From assembly GCA_032718475.1 (NCBI GenBank), contig JAUCBJ010001900.1, positions 1-55,758 of the forward strand: DNA of 55,758 bases, written 5' to 3'. Source of the stretch: Nemertoderma westbladi. Taxonomy: Eukaryota > Animalia > Xenacoelomorpha. The notes beneath the pieces are model-generated. The model saw only the letters and a program-made list of their open reading frames with translations, was not told the origin of the DNA and ran no database searches. Of the stretch, positions 35,153 through 46,786 are shown piece by piece. The translations under genes and the position numbers were made by a program. Numbering within the stretch: position 1 is the stretch's first letter; each line of letters begins with the position of its first letter.

Positions 35153-36302
35153 CTAGCATTGGGATAAATATGAAAGGATATGTCGAAAGGATAATAAAAA
35201 TGTATACACTTGTATTCATAGGAGGTATACCGGTACTATTAATTAATAGTTCGCTTGACATTGCGTTGCAGCTGCATGGGTTATTATGGGTGATGAATCA
35301 TGATGATAAGAGAATATTGTTGTCATAAAATTCATTGATGATCAACTGGTATCATTTGGGATCTTCAAAAAAGCGAACGAATTCTACACTGAAATATATC
35401 ATATTGCAGTGGCGGGTGTGGTGTAAATAAAACTCGGCCAACTCTAACAGAGAATTTGTTACAAAAATATAGGAAAGCAAAATTTCTAAACCTTTTCGGG
35501 GGACTAAAATATACTCCCATGCAAGGTTCAATAAAAAAACGTTCTTCAGAGGCATTGGAAATGATAATAATATCACCTTTAACCAGCGAGCTGGTTGAAG
35601 GCGGTAAAATGAAGTACGATGCACATTACACAACACAATACACAGGCTTAGCTCACACATACAAAAATTCAGAAAGGTGAGCTGGTGAGGTTCCTTTCAC
35701 ATAGTTACCATACCATGCAATGTACATACACTGTACATACATTATTTAATGAATGAATGGTACCGGTAATTGAATGAAATTAAAAGGTTACGATGGTAGG
35801 TTACCTACTGTGGGTGGGTGGGTGCACTGCAATAGGGCTATTATGTTTAGTGTAGAATTTAATAGACCTAGTTACATTGTGGATGACAATACTTTAAAGT
35901 TTGGTTGCCAGTGATCGATGGGAGTTAAAAGGTCCAACTAACAATTGAATAGTCTGATAGTTAGAGTCCGGTACCAGTCGGACAGGAATGATTATCATCG
36001 ACCCCAAGGTCCTGTTTATTATGGAGAAATAAACTACCAAAGCAGAATTTGTGATCTATTATTCTTTAGTGTTCGATTTTGTTTCTCTATCTTGTAATTG
36101 CCACTAGATTATGTAAAATGTTTTGATTATCTGAATGTGTGAATCACAATGTCACCTTAATAAGCCGACTAAATGCTAAAGGTCAAATGTATTCCTTTGT
36201 TGGTTGCTTATTTGAATAACGTTACTAAATTATGATTAGCGAAAGAGAAATTCATAGGCCTAATAAAAATAAATTAAACAAAAGGGATACCGGTACCGGT
36301 AC

Positions 36303-37247
36303 CTTAATAATTCGTTGTATCATCCCGGTAAGATGGTAGTCCACCAGGTTGTTAGACGGTGTAGCCTCTGTGAGTCTACAGATTGTAGATTTCATCAACC
36401 AATGGTCTCCCTGCGGTTCGCTATGAATCACAGAGCTAAAGCTGCGAACCAGATCGGTGGCGTCGCGAAAACCGAAGTAAGCGGGGTTAAAGACGCGGTT
36501 GAACATCTTCTCGAACTCATGTTTAAGTTCGGAGGAGATGAGCCCATTGGGGTGGTCGAGAAGGAGGGCTGTGATGCTCTCACGGAACTCGTCGCGAGTA
36601 CGATACGGGGGTTGGAGAGACGGCAGGTCGACGGATTCCGGTTCGGGACCGGAGGCCGGGACATTTAGTGAGATGTGGAACCCGTCCGAAACCGATTTGA
36701 CAACGAGCACCTCGCCAAATGCGTTAAAGAACTGCTGGAGACTTGTGTAGCCAAGTCGGGTGTAGTCGAAGGGGTTGTGGAATCGTTGGATGTAAGCTTC
36801 CTGGAAGTCGCCATCAAACATTCCGCTCGGGTAGGCACGGAGCATCTCGACGATTTGATTAACTACGTGCGGAGGGACTTCATTCGGTTTATCGATAACC
36901 TGCGGGGACTTTCCGGCGTACCGGGGAACCTTGTCCGGTTTGTCCGGAACGTTCGGGGCCCTTCCTGCGTGCGGAGAAACATCGTGGGGTTCACCAATAG
37001 ATGCCCTTCCATCTGGGACATCTAATTCGGATCGGAGGAAGAAGAGGATTTCTCCGCTACGAGTCTCACGGGTCCACAGTTCGTCCCCGAACATATCGAA
37101 CAGCAGATCTCCGAGTAGGGTGAATCCATATTCTTTGGCGACCAGCTGACTTCCGGTCGTTGTTGAGTAGATATGACATAATTCTTTTTTACTCAATCCA
37201 TCGGGTCGTTTTCTAAGGATTTCTTCCACGTCTTTTAGACAACCCAT
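36303..37247 (-). CDS. TDRD5: TDRD5-like copy B, exon 1; predicted spliced product ~628 aa
   Basis: ATG at 37247, 945 nt, LOTUS repeats, donor AAG|GTACCG. Confidence 0.83.
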
Positions 37248-37304
37248 TGTCTGATTGTTACCGATAGTCCTACTGATTGTCACTGTCTGCCTGCTAGGCT
37301 GCTA

Positions 37305-38854
37305 GGCCTGATTCCACGCTGCAGATAACGTGTATGGGAACTGATATTAAACCGAAGAAATGCGTAACTTATCTTGGTTCAATGATTAATTCGACACTAT
37401 CGGGTGTTGAAATGGCTACAAAAACACTGAAGAAAGGTAACGCACGTCTTAAATACCTACACCGAAATGGGGCCTTATTATCCAGGGAACTCCGGAGAAT
37501 GCTATGTAACTGTCTTATACAGCCGCACCTAGATTACGCGTCATCAACATGGTTTGGTTTATCTCTGCCCCAAAAAAACTCTGTGACCAATTAAAAGCGC
37601 TGCAGCGAAAGTGCATTCGTTACTGCCTAGGAATGGGTCCACGATCCCACATCAACTCCTCCCACTTCATTGCCATAAACTGGCTGCCAATACGGCTGCG
37701 AGTGCAGTCAGTAATTCTGTCGCACATGTACCGTATTTCCCACGGCACGTCACCTCCATATCTATGCGAACTGGTAGAGTTTCACGAAGGTCGACCTGGG
37801 ATGCGTAGACCCTCAAACCGCGCACTTCTACCTCATAAACGCACGGTACATGGACAAATGGCGCTAAGCTATGAAGGGCCTAGACTGTGCAATAAACTGC
37901 CGGAGTCTGTAACCACTGCTGAATCCATTGTTTCCTTTAAGCACAAACTGAAAGAGCATTATTTGACGCAGCTAGAGAGCTCTGACCAATCAGCATTTCA
38001 ATATTTTTAACTTTTAACTTACGTACAGTACTTGAATGGACCTCCATGGAAACGAGGCACTGGCCTCATGGAGCTATCCAATACGCCTTTATTTATTTTA
38101 ATTATTAATTACTCAATAATAATAATAAACTTACGTCAAAACATGAATAGACACAAGATAGTCAGATTATTGTTTTAAATTTTTATTTGTTTACTAGTAT
38201 TTGTAAATACTTATTTTTTCTTTTTTTAGTTGATTTAAATTAATAACTTTTATGACTCTGAAGATTTTAGTAATATATGCTGAATGTGACAGTAGCCGAA
38301 TAATATCTGTATAAGCTTGCCAAATTTAATATGTAGGGAAATCCCCTATTTTCTGTTCTCGGTGCAATAATGTTTTAATATGTATTTTGCAGTCCTTGAT
38401 GCCATTAATTTTTCTAGAGAGCTCTGAGCAATCAGCACCTTAATATTTTAATATTTTAACTTTTTAACTTACTTATTTTTAACTACTAATTACTGAATAC
38501 TGAAATAAACGTACGTTAAAATATGATTAGACACAAGTCAGATCATCGCTTCAAATTTTATTTGTTTAATAGTATTTGAAATATTTTTATTCTTTACTTG
38601 ACTTAAATTAATAACAGTTATGATTTTAAAGATTTTATGACCGAATAATATCAGTATAAACCTAACAAATTTAATATGTATTTTTATGCTCTTGGTGCAA
38701 TAATTTTTTACAATTTTAAAGACATGGATATGGATATTACTGTCTCTCCAATTATGTAAAGTATTACCGGTAATATGTATTCTGTTATTACGTAAATTGT
38801 ATCTATACAGTACTCTATATTTATGGCGTAAAAACAATCAATCAATCAATCAAT
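37305..38854 (+). mobile_element. 5'-truncated LINE (L2/CR1 group) with a (CAAT)n tail, inserted 58 bp upstream of the copy B start codon
   Basis: YLG...LIQPHLDYASSTW...LQRKCIR...WLPI...NKLP..SFKHKLK. Frameshift from a TGGTT duplication. Short TSD (T)GCTA. Absent in copy A at ~2112. Confidence 0.88.
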
Positions 38855-39239
38855 GCTACTGTAGGCTACCCCGTCAGCCGGTGACGAGGGATTAACGTGT
38901 TTGGGGGCCTCCACATAATACAGTAATATAAGCCTAATATAACAGTATAAGTAACACACGTCATAAACTGATAAATCAATTGATGGATTGAATCAATAAA
39001 CCTGTCCTTTTTCCAGCAACCTTATACAAAATGCTGAAATGAGCTGCACAATAATTCATTGAACGGGAAGGACGCCACTGGCAAAAATCATAAATCAAAG
39101 CCAAAGTAAACAATATCTCTCCTTCATAGACCTCATGTCTTCAATACACTAATCACAAAGAGACAGTCAGACCCAGGCTATACATACAAAAGTTGTTACC
39201 TCTAAGTCTGAGCCAGCAGCTGCTACAAAGTGTTATTAT

Positions 39240-40247
39240 AACGAACCTGTCTTTAGACTGGGTAGTTTTTGTCTAAAGCTGAGGCCGGCAAAAACACGAT
39301 GGATATATTTACCTATATCACTATATATGTCACTATATCACTCACTATGTATGTTCACCAAATGGCTTGAAACCACTTGCATGCATTGTAAAATTGTAAA
39401 CGCAAGTATTTATCAATTGTTGTCTAGTTGTTGAATAAAAAAGTTGGGAACGATTCGAAGTGCGATATTCGAAATATTTGCATATTTTCAACATTATTGA
39501 ACGCGAAATTAAATACCCACAACTCCCTTGCTTGAAATGTTTTTCAGGTGATTGATATTTAGCAATTATTATGAGGTTACTTACTACTGAAATCTGACAG
39601 AATGCCAAACGTATTATTATAGTTCTATCTCTATTCAGCCAGTTAGTGTAATGTCAAGCAGTACATCATTTATATATCGTATGTATCTATAGGGCCTAAT
39701 TGTCATCGTTATAATACTGTCATCAACTTAGGCTAAGCTCAATTGTAATGCAAAGGCTTAGTAGGTTTTGTATATCTGGGACGTTTACAACAGCTGTCGA
39801 TTAAACTAACAAAACCATAAAACTGAACCAGGGTGGCTGCCAGCCGGGTACCAACGGCTGTTGGGTAGACTTAAGGGAACATTTCACAAACTTTCATAGG
39901 ATGCTTGTACATGTACATTATATTGGTTGCTCCGATGTTTTTATTAGGCTAACTGAGAATGTATCAGGTATAAATACTGTAATTATAGTGTTAGTGTTCT
40001 TTATTTTATTTATCTAATACAGAAAAGACCCCTCCGCAGAATAAACTGCTCTTTTGGGCCGTTTCTCAGGTTGCGGATATGGATACCATTTCACACATCA
40101 TCGTAGTAATTGTGATTATGATTTGTTTGCCTAGGCGAATGTGTATTACATTAGATGGGAGGCAGTTTTTTGGTTGATGCAAGTCATTCTTGGTTTGCAT
40201 CTTCCAATCCCATCTGTTTCTTGGAGTCTGTGTAAGACAGGTTCGTT
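39240..40247. mobile_element. Non-autonomous TIR element (MITE)
   Basis: 14-bp TIR AACGAACCTGTCTT...AAGACAGGTTCGTT. Absent at the homologous position ~2500. Confidence 0.7.
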
Positions 40248-40550
40248 TAAAGCCATCTTGATGGCGTTCTAGTGTAGACAATAATAAAGTTGTGTATTAC
40301 TACAGCTACATTCTTGTCTCTCACTTGGCGGGTGTTGTCCGTGAAACCCTATTCCTGGATTATGAAATTGGGGCCTGGTCACTAGGGCTACCAACCCTGA
40401 AATCGATTGCTGTCCAAAAATACAGTTTAAAACTAAATAGAAATATATATTATAAAAATAAAAATTATTATAAAAATAAGAAGTGCGCGATTCTTGATTC
40501 TGTGATTTATATCAGAAAAACTGGGTTAAATCGCTAGATAAAAGAAAAAA

Positions 40551-41376
40551 GTAGATTTGCTGATGACTTAGAAGTACTTTCAGAATCACTAGAGGGAGCC
40601 CAACTGCTCCTCAGCTAATTAGAACATGCTGCTTCTAGTATTGGTCTTTTTATTAACTCCAGAAAGACCAAAATTTTGACAGTTAACTTTGAAAATTCTC
40701 AGCAAGTCTCTGATCGGATGAGCATAAAGCTCAAAAGGATGGTATGCTTGAGCATGTGGACGACTTCTGTTACCTGGGATCATGGATCCGGAAGTCAGGT
40801 GAGGACCTTCGAATACGTAAGGGAAAGGGATGGGCAGTCTTGAATAGGCTTTCCAGGATTTGGAAGTCACCGAGAATTAATCGGAAACTTAAAGGTCCGA
40901 TTATTTAGAGCATCAGTAGTTCCAGTACTCCTCTATGGGAGTCCATGCTGGGCTCTAACTGCTGAGGACACCAAATCTCTGGATGGGACATTCACAAGAA
41001 TGCTACGCCGGGTTCATTGTGTCAAGTACAATGCACACATCTCCAACCAGACACTATATAACATTGGAGGTGTCTCATTGGTTCCCCCAAACTTGACACT
41101 AGAACAAAATCGCCTCCGCTTTGCAGGACATTGCTTTCGCCGTGAGGACCAGCCTGTGCATAATCTTGTACTTTGACAGCCTCATGGAATGAATAAGCAT
41201 GGTGGACAGCCCATGACTTTCTTGAGACGCATCTTAAAGGACACTGGCCTTAAAGATGCGGATGATCTAGCAAATGTCATGGGTGATAGGGAGTTGTGGC
41301 GGCGCAATTTTGTCGACAAGCCGGCACAGCATTCTTAAAAATGCAGCTGCAATGCAGCATGCCGATACTAGTAGTA
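40551..41376 (+). mobile_element. 5'-truncated, decayed RTE-clade LINE
   Basis: RFADDL...IGLFINSRKTK...VDDFCYLGS...RLRFAGHC with stops and frameshifts. (TAG)n tail. Absent in spacer A. Confidence 0.85.
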
Positions 41377-41799
41377 GTCTACATCATTGTCCAGAATAGG
41401 GTGTTTCCCTTCACTTCTATGGGGCTTTCTGTTATTCCTACCTGTCCCAAATACGTTGTGTAATGATTTCCAACCTGTCCAATATAGGGGCATCCAATCA
41501 AATCATAATATGAGCCAACTTCTCGTCATCGGACCAATACCACCATTCCTAAAGTTAAGCATCTCCCTTATTGGCTATATAATGTAAAGGTTAATGGAAA
41601 ATTCCACTGATATATAATCCAAGTGTCAACTACGAATCCGGGGCTCATTATAACAACCTATACTGGACAGAGCAACGTATTTGGGACAAGAGCAGGTTTA
41701 GGTATATGTACAGTGGAAATTTCCATTCTAAATAAGGGCATTTGGAATACATGTTCCATAGTTATGGTTAAAGATATACTGCGGGGTGCCTTGCAAAAT

Positions 41800-42455
41800 T
41801 AAATTTGCCTCAGATAGGTTGATAGTGTCCCATATAGGGTGTTTGTGTCCCATATAGGTTGATTGTGTCCAAAATAGCCTATGGCTTTAAAAAAATTATT
41901 TCAAATAGTTTATAACTGCAAAGGAATACTGAAAAGAATATCGACTTCATAACCATATCTTTAATTCCAATTTGTCCCAAATAGGTTGTTTATGTCCAAT
42001 ATAGGGTGTTTGTGTCCCATATATTGTGTTTTATCCTGAATATGGTGTAAATTTCTTATAATGATTTTAAATAGTTTCTAAAAGTAATGTAATACTCAAC
42101 AGAGTATAGAATTCACTAACGTAGCTTTAATTTTAATTTGTCCCAAATAGGTTGTTTTTGTCCCATATAGGGTGTTTGTGTCCCGTATAGGGTGTGAATT
42201 GCTTATAATGATTTCAAATAGTTTCTAAATGTAATTGAATACTCAAAAGAATATAGAATTCATTATCAGGGCTTTAATTTAAATTTGTCCCAAATCGGTG
42301 GTTTATGTCCCATATATAGAGTGTTTGTGTCCCAAATAGCGTGTGACTTTCTCAAAATTATTTTAAATAGTTTCTAAATGTCATGGAATACTCAAAAGAA
42401 TATAGAATGCAATATCATAGCTCTAATTTAAATTTCTCCCAAATAGGTTGTTTTT
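41800..42455. repeat. Second copy of the GTCCCATATAGGG tandem array
   Basis: Homologous to 4880-5610. Confidence 0.75.
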
Positions 42456-42784
42456 AATTAATTAATTAATTAGATGCAATAATATCACAGAAACACAATG
42501 ACGTTTACAGAATTCAATAAGATGCTAAAATAGCCGAGATATTGGTGTTTTCAGTTTAAAAATTATTCAAAATTTGAAAACGATCTGTGATTGGTCGTGA
42601 CGTCACTATACGCCTCGGGATCCCATTGTTACCAACATTCAGATACCCAATACTATCTTTGTGTAAATTACAGTACAAATTAGGCAGTTTATTACACAGG
42701 TACTACTGCTACATTAGTACTGTAGTACAGTTCAGCAGTTACCGGTACAAAGACAAGCTTTCCGGCACTGCATACTTGTTTATT

Positions 42785-43135
42785 TATATGGCGAACGGAG
42801 AGTAACCGGGACAACGGCAAGAACTAGCGAATATGGCGAACGGAGAGTACTTGGGACAACGGCAAGGAATAGCGAATACGGTAAGTACCCGGGACAACGG
42901 AAACGGAAAGGAGGAGCGAATACGGCGAACAGGGGGTACCCGGATAGCCGGATCAACGACGAGTTGGAGCGAATACGGTGTACAGCGAACGGGAGGTACC
43001 CGGGGCCGGGACAACGGCAAGGAGCAGCGAATACTGGAATATGGTGAACAGGACGTAGGCCTACTGTACACCTGGAACTGGAACAATGACGAGGACAGAT
43101 GAGGAGCGAATACGGTGTCGGTGTACAGCGAACTG
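42785..43135. repeat. GC-richer imperfect repeats (GCGAATACGG / CCGGGACAACGGCAAG), probably internal to an unclassified element
   Basis: The motifs recur 4-6 times. The region is absent from spacer A. Confidence 0.5.
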
Positions 43136-43404
43136 CCCACTACTGCGAACTCGCCACTGCTGACTGCCCACTAGTTCCGGTATCATTGTTAGCATTTTGT
43201 CGAATCACGCACTCATCCTCAGACCCTCATGATGAGCGTTAACACTAACCGTTGGTCGATTCCTCCTTGACTGTACACATCTGATACGGCCCATACAGAT
43301 ACAATGTCATCTCCTCTCTCCTCTTTGTGTTTGTGGTTTGCGTTCGCCCAGGAAGCCCTACAGTACAGTATTAGTTAGGTGTGTACTTTGTATTGCGGCA
43401 GTGG

Positions 43405-44505
43405 CAGGCCCGTATCGTGCGGGGGGCTTTGGCGACACTGCCCCCCCCCCCCCCCCCCCCCAGACAAGTCCCACTGCCCCCCCCCCCAGACATGTCTTGT
43501 TCACTCGTCTTGTTCACAATTAATTAATAATAATATTGTTGTTGTTGACCCCAGTGATCAATATTATTGGATACACATTGATACACTTATAATAGGATAC
43601 ACACTTCTACATACTGACCTGACTCCCCACCATCCCATTTTGGTCCAATTATATAATACTACATGACATTGACCTACCTACCTGTAATTACTAAAAAAAT
43701 ACCCGAAAGCTCCAGGTTCTCTCATTGGCTACCAGGGCAAGGGTTGTTTGTTGTTGACCCATTGTCTATTTGTCTGTAATTTGGGAGCCAGCTTGCAGCT
43801 AAAAGTCTAGGCGCTGAGGGTTGCTTGCGCTGGTATCCATATCTATAATTTGTTGTAACTTAACCTTAACCATATTATACCTGAAGTGGGTCCTTCGCGC
43901 AGCACGTGACATAAACTTATGTAAGTTCCAACGCGAAAGAAATCTAGGCCAATTCTAAGCAGATGTCCCTTGATCACTTTACACCTAAAGGCAGTCTGGA
44001 AATCTGCAGTCGATTTAAGACCTCAGAAAAAGATTAAATGACACAGCAAATGGTCTAGTACAATTCTGCCAAGTTTCCGCTGAAACGGATTAAAAGCAAA
44101 GAAATGGGAGGACATTTAATGCTTAGACATGTAGCCATCTAGCGGGAGACTGCTGAACTGTTGGTGTCAAAAGTCGCTAAATAATGTCAAGTTTTGGACA
44201 TATTTATGCCTACAAATTTTCAATTCGACAGCTTTAATTCTGACAAAGTTATTTGAATGTTACGTTAATGAAATCGTTACGTCAACATCTATTTGACATT
44301 TTATTGACATACTCCTTAATAGACATACTGCAAGGCTCCGCCAACTTCGTGGCTTGCTCCACACGCTCTTCAACAATATTGACTTTTTATGTCCTAAATT
44401 AACTCTCACTTTGCTGTATGACCCCACAAACCCAGTTAAAGGTCCCCCCCCCCCCCCAGATTTGGCCTCTGCCCCCCCAGATATTATGATCACCATACGG
44501 GCCTG
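43405..44505. mobile_element. Non-autonomous hAT-like element
   Basis: TIR CAGGCCCGTAT...ATACGGGCCTG. Perfect 8-bp TSD GGCAGTGG. Empty site at ~26165. Confidence 0.9.
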
Positions 44506-44847
44506 GGCAGTGGCAGTAAGGTAAGCCCACTTCATCTATAACTCCAGTCAAAGTCCACAGATCGTATCAGCATAAATTTTACCCAGTTAGTGTTATTATA
44601 GGAACATTCTGATTAGGCCTAATACCTACTTTAGGCCTAACTAGCAATATACTGATATAGTCTTAAGCTACCTGTGTCATTTTTTTGAATAATTAATAAT
44701 ATAAATCCGTAAAAATTACACATATACAATAAATCCGTAAAATTGTATATTTTTTCAATTTTTTTAGTAGCCTAAAAATTAATTGTTCTTTTTTTATTCC
44801 TATGCATATCACCGTAATTTTGTTCTCTTTGTTCTTTTTATTCAATT

Positions 44848-46409
44848 GGGTAGACGACTCGGAAATTTTTTTTCGAGTTTTCGTTGGTTTCATGTGAAAG
44901 AGCATGTGAAAAAACCCCAGAGAGCAATTTTACTTAAAAAAAATAACATTGGCCGAGTTATAGCAATTTTAAAACGCAAAATTAGCAAAATCGAAAAATC
45001 AGGCCGTTTCAGAAAACTGCACGAGTGACGTCACTAGTGCAGCAGTAAATGTTTATTGGTTACTATACAATATAAATCTCTTAGTAACTAAAATAAATAA
45101 TGTAGCTAATATTTATTTGGTGTGTTTTTGTGTTGTGTTAAGAATACATTATTTGATATCTTTATGGCGGAAATTGATTCATAACAAGTTAATTACTCCA
45201 GAATAATATTTATTTATCCCAAACTATACAGTTGTTAGCTATTAAAATAAAATATATTTTGTAGCTAAAATTGCCAGGTGGTACAAATCCAGTAGCTTAT
45301 TGATGTTTTATTAAGCTTCAAAACTTAGATTGCGGATTCGGATACGGATTGTGGATTCGCACTTTTTCGATTGCAATTATTTTTATACAAGATAAATTAT
45401 TTAATTCCAAATAGCATTGATAGTTAGTCCATGTGGAAAGGTTAATAAGACGTATACGGGAATACAAGATGTTGGAACCCCATTCAGTGATTCCTTTCAA
45501 GATAATCCCTGTAATTGATGATGATGTAGTAAAAATATTTTCAGCAGCCATCCCATCATTAGTTGAACTATAACTATAATTTACATTTTTAATTATCTAT
45601 TTTTTCACAATTTTGGGAAATATATATTATTCCTTCCAGAAGCTACGACTACTTTTCATTAAACTTTGCATGTATATGGAATCATATTAAAACACATGTA
45701 ACTGGCCAAAATATGTCAACAACATAAATCAATAGCCCAAAACATTATGTTTTGGTATTTTTTAGGTACTTTATTGATATTTTTGGATGTCAAACCAAAA
45801 ACAGCTATGATGAAAGGCATAATAATGGTGACACGGGCAACACTAGTACCAGTAACACTAAATAACACTAAATAATTTCCATCTAGTGCTAATCTACCCA
45901 TCCCGCATTGTTCGCTGTAAAAACAATTGAAAAATAGATTAAAGAAACGCCTGGCAGTATTTAGCTAGTTAAATATATTTTTAGCTACAGCTCTCCTCTA
46001 CGGTACAGGTATGGGCGAAATAAATATTATTCTAGAATAATTAACTTGATATGAATAATTTGCCTCCATACCGCTATCCTATAATCGATTCTTAACACAA
46101 CACAAATACACATCCAAATAAATACATAGCTACATTTATTATTTGTTTTATTTTAGATACTGCAATATTATACTTTATATTAGCCAATCAACAGCGCTTG
46201 ACAGCTGTTGCTGTGTTATGGCTGACGTCACTCGTGCAGTTTTCAGAAACGGCCTGATTTTTCGATGTTGCTAATTTTGCGTTTTAAAATCGCTATAACT
46301 CGGCCAATAATAATTTTTTTTAAGTAAAATTGCTCTCTGGGGTTTTTTCACATTCTCATTCACATGAAACCAACGAAAACTCGAAAAAAAATTTCCGAGT
46401 CGTCTACCC
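44848..46409. mobile_element. Non-autonomous DNA transposon with long (~190 bp or more) TIRs and a 4-bp AATT TSD (possibly Sola-type)
   Basis: GGGTAGACGACTCGGAAATTTT... with its reverse complement ending at 46409. Empty site TTCAATTGCAG at ~26480. Confidence 0.88.
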
Positions 46410-46786
46410 AATTGCAGTTTGTTTATTATACGTTTTTATATTGATCTTCGATCTTCAAGTGTACAAGTATCCACTCAGGATCTACAAGTATACACTCATA
46501 AGTGCAACCATTGCCTGGGTTATCTTCTCCCTCCTTATCCAATTATTGTCAGTTTCTATTTTTATGTATTTCAAATTCAATTAATTTTTAGGCCTACTTG
46601 TCGTGCAGTAATACGGTATGGAGTGTCTATTACATATTACAATTACAATTATTACTTACTTTATTATTACAACTTATTTGTAATTTGTATTGTGCAATGG
46701 AGGCTATCTCCATTCTGTCTGTACTGTAACTTGGCGTTGGCGTCACCTTCGATCTTGCAATCTACATGTAAAATAAATTGATAATA

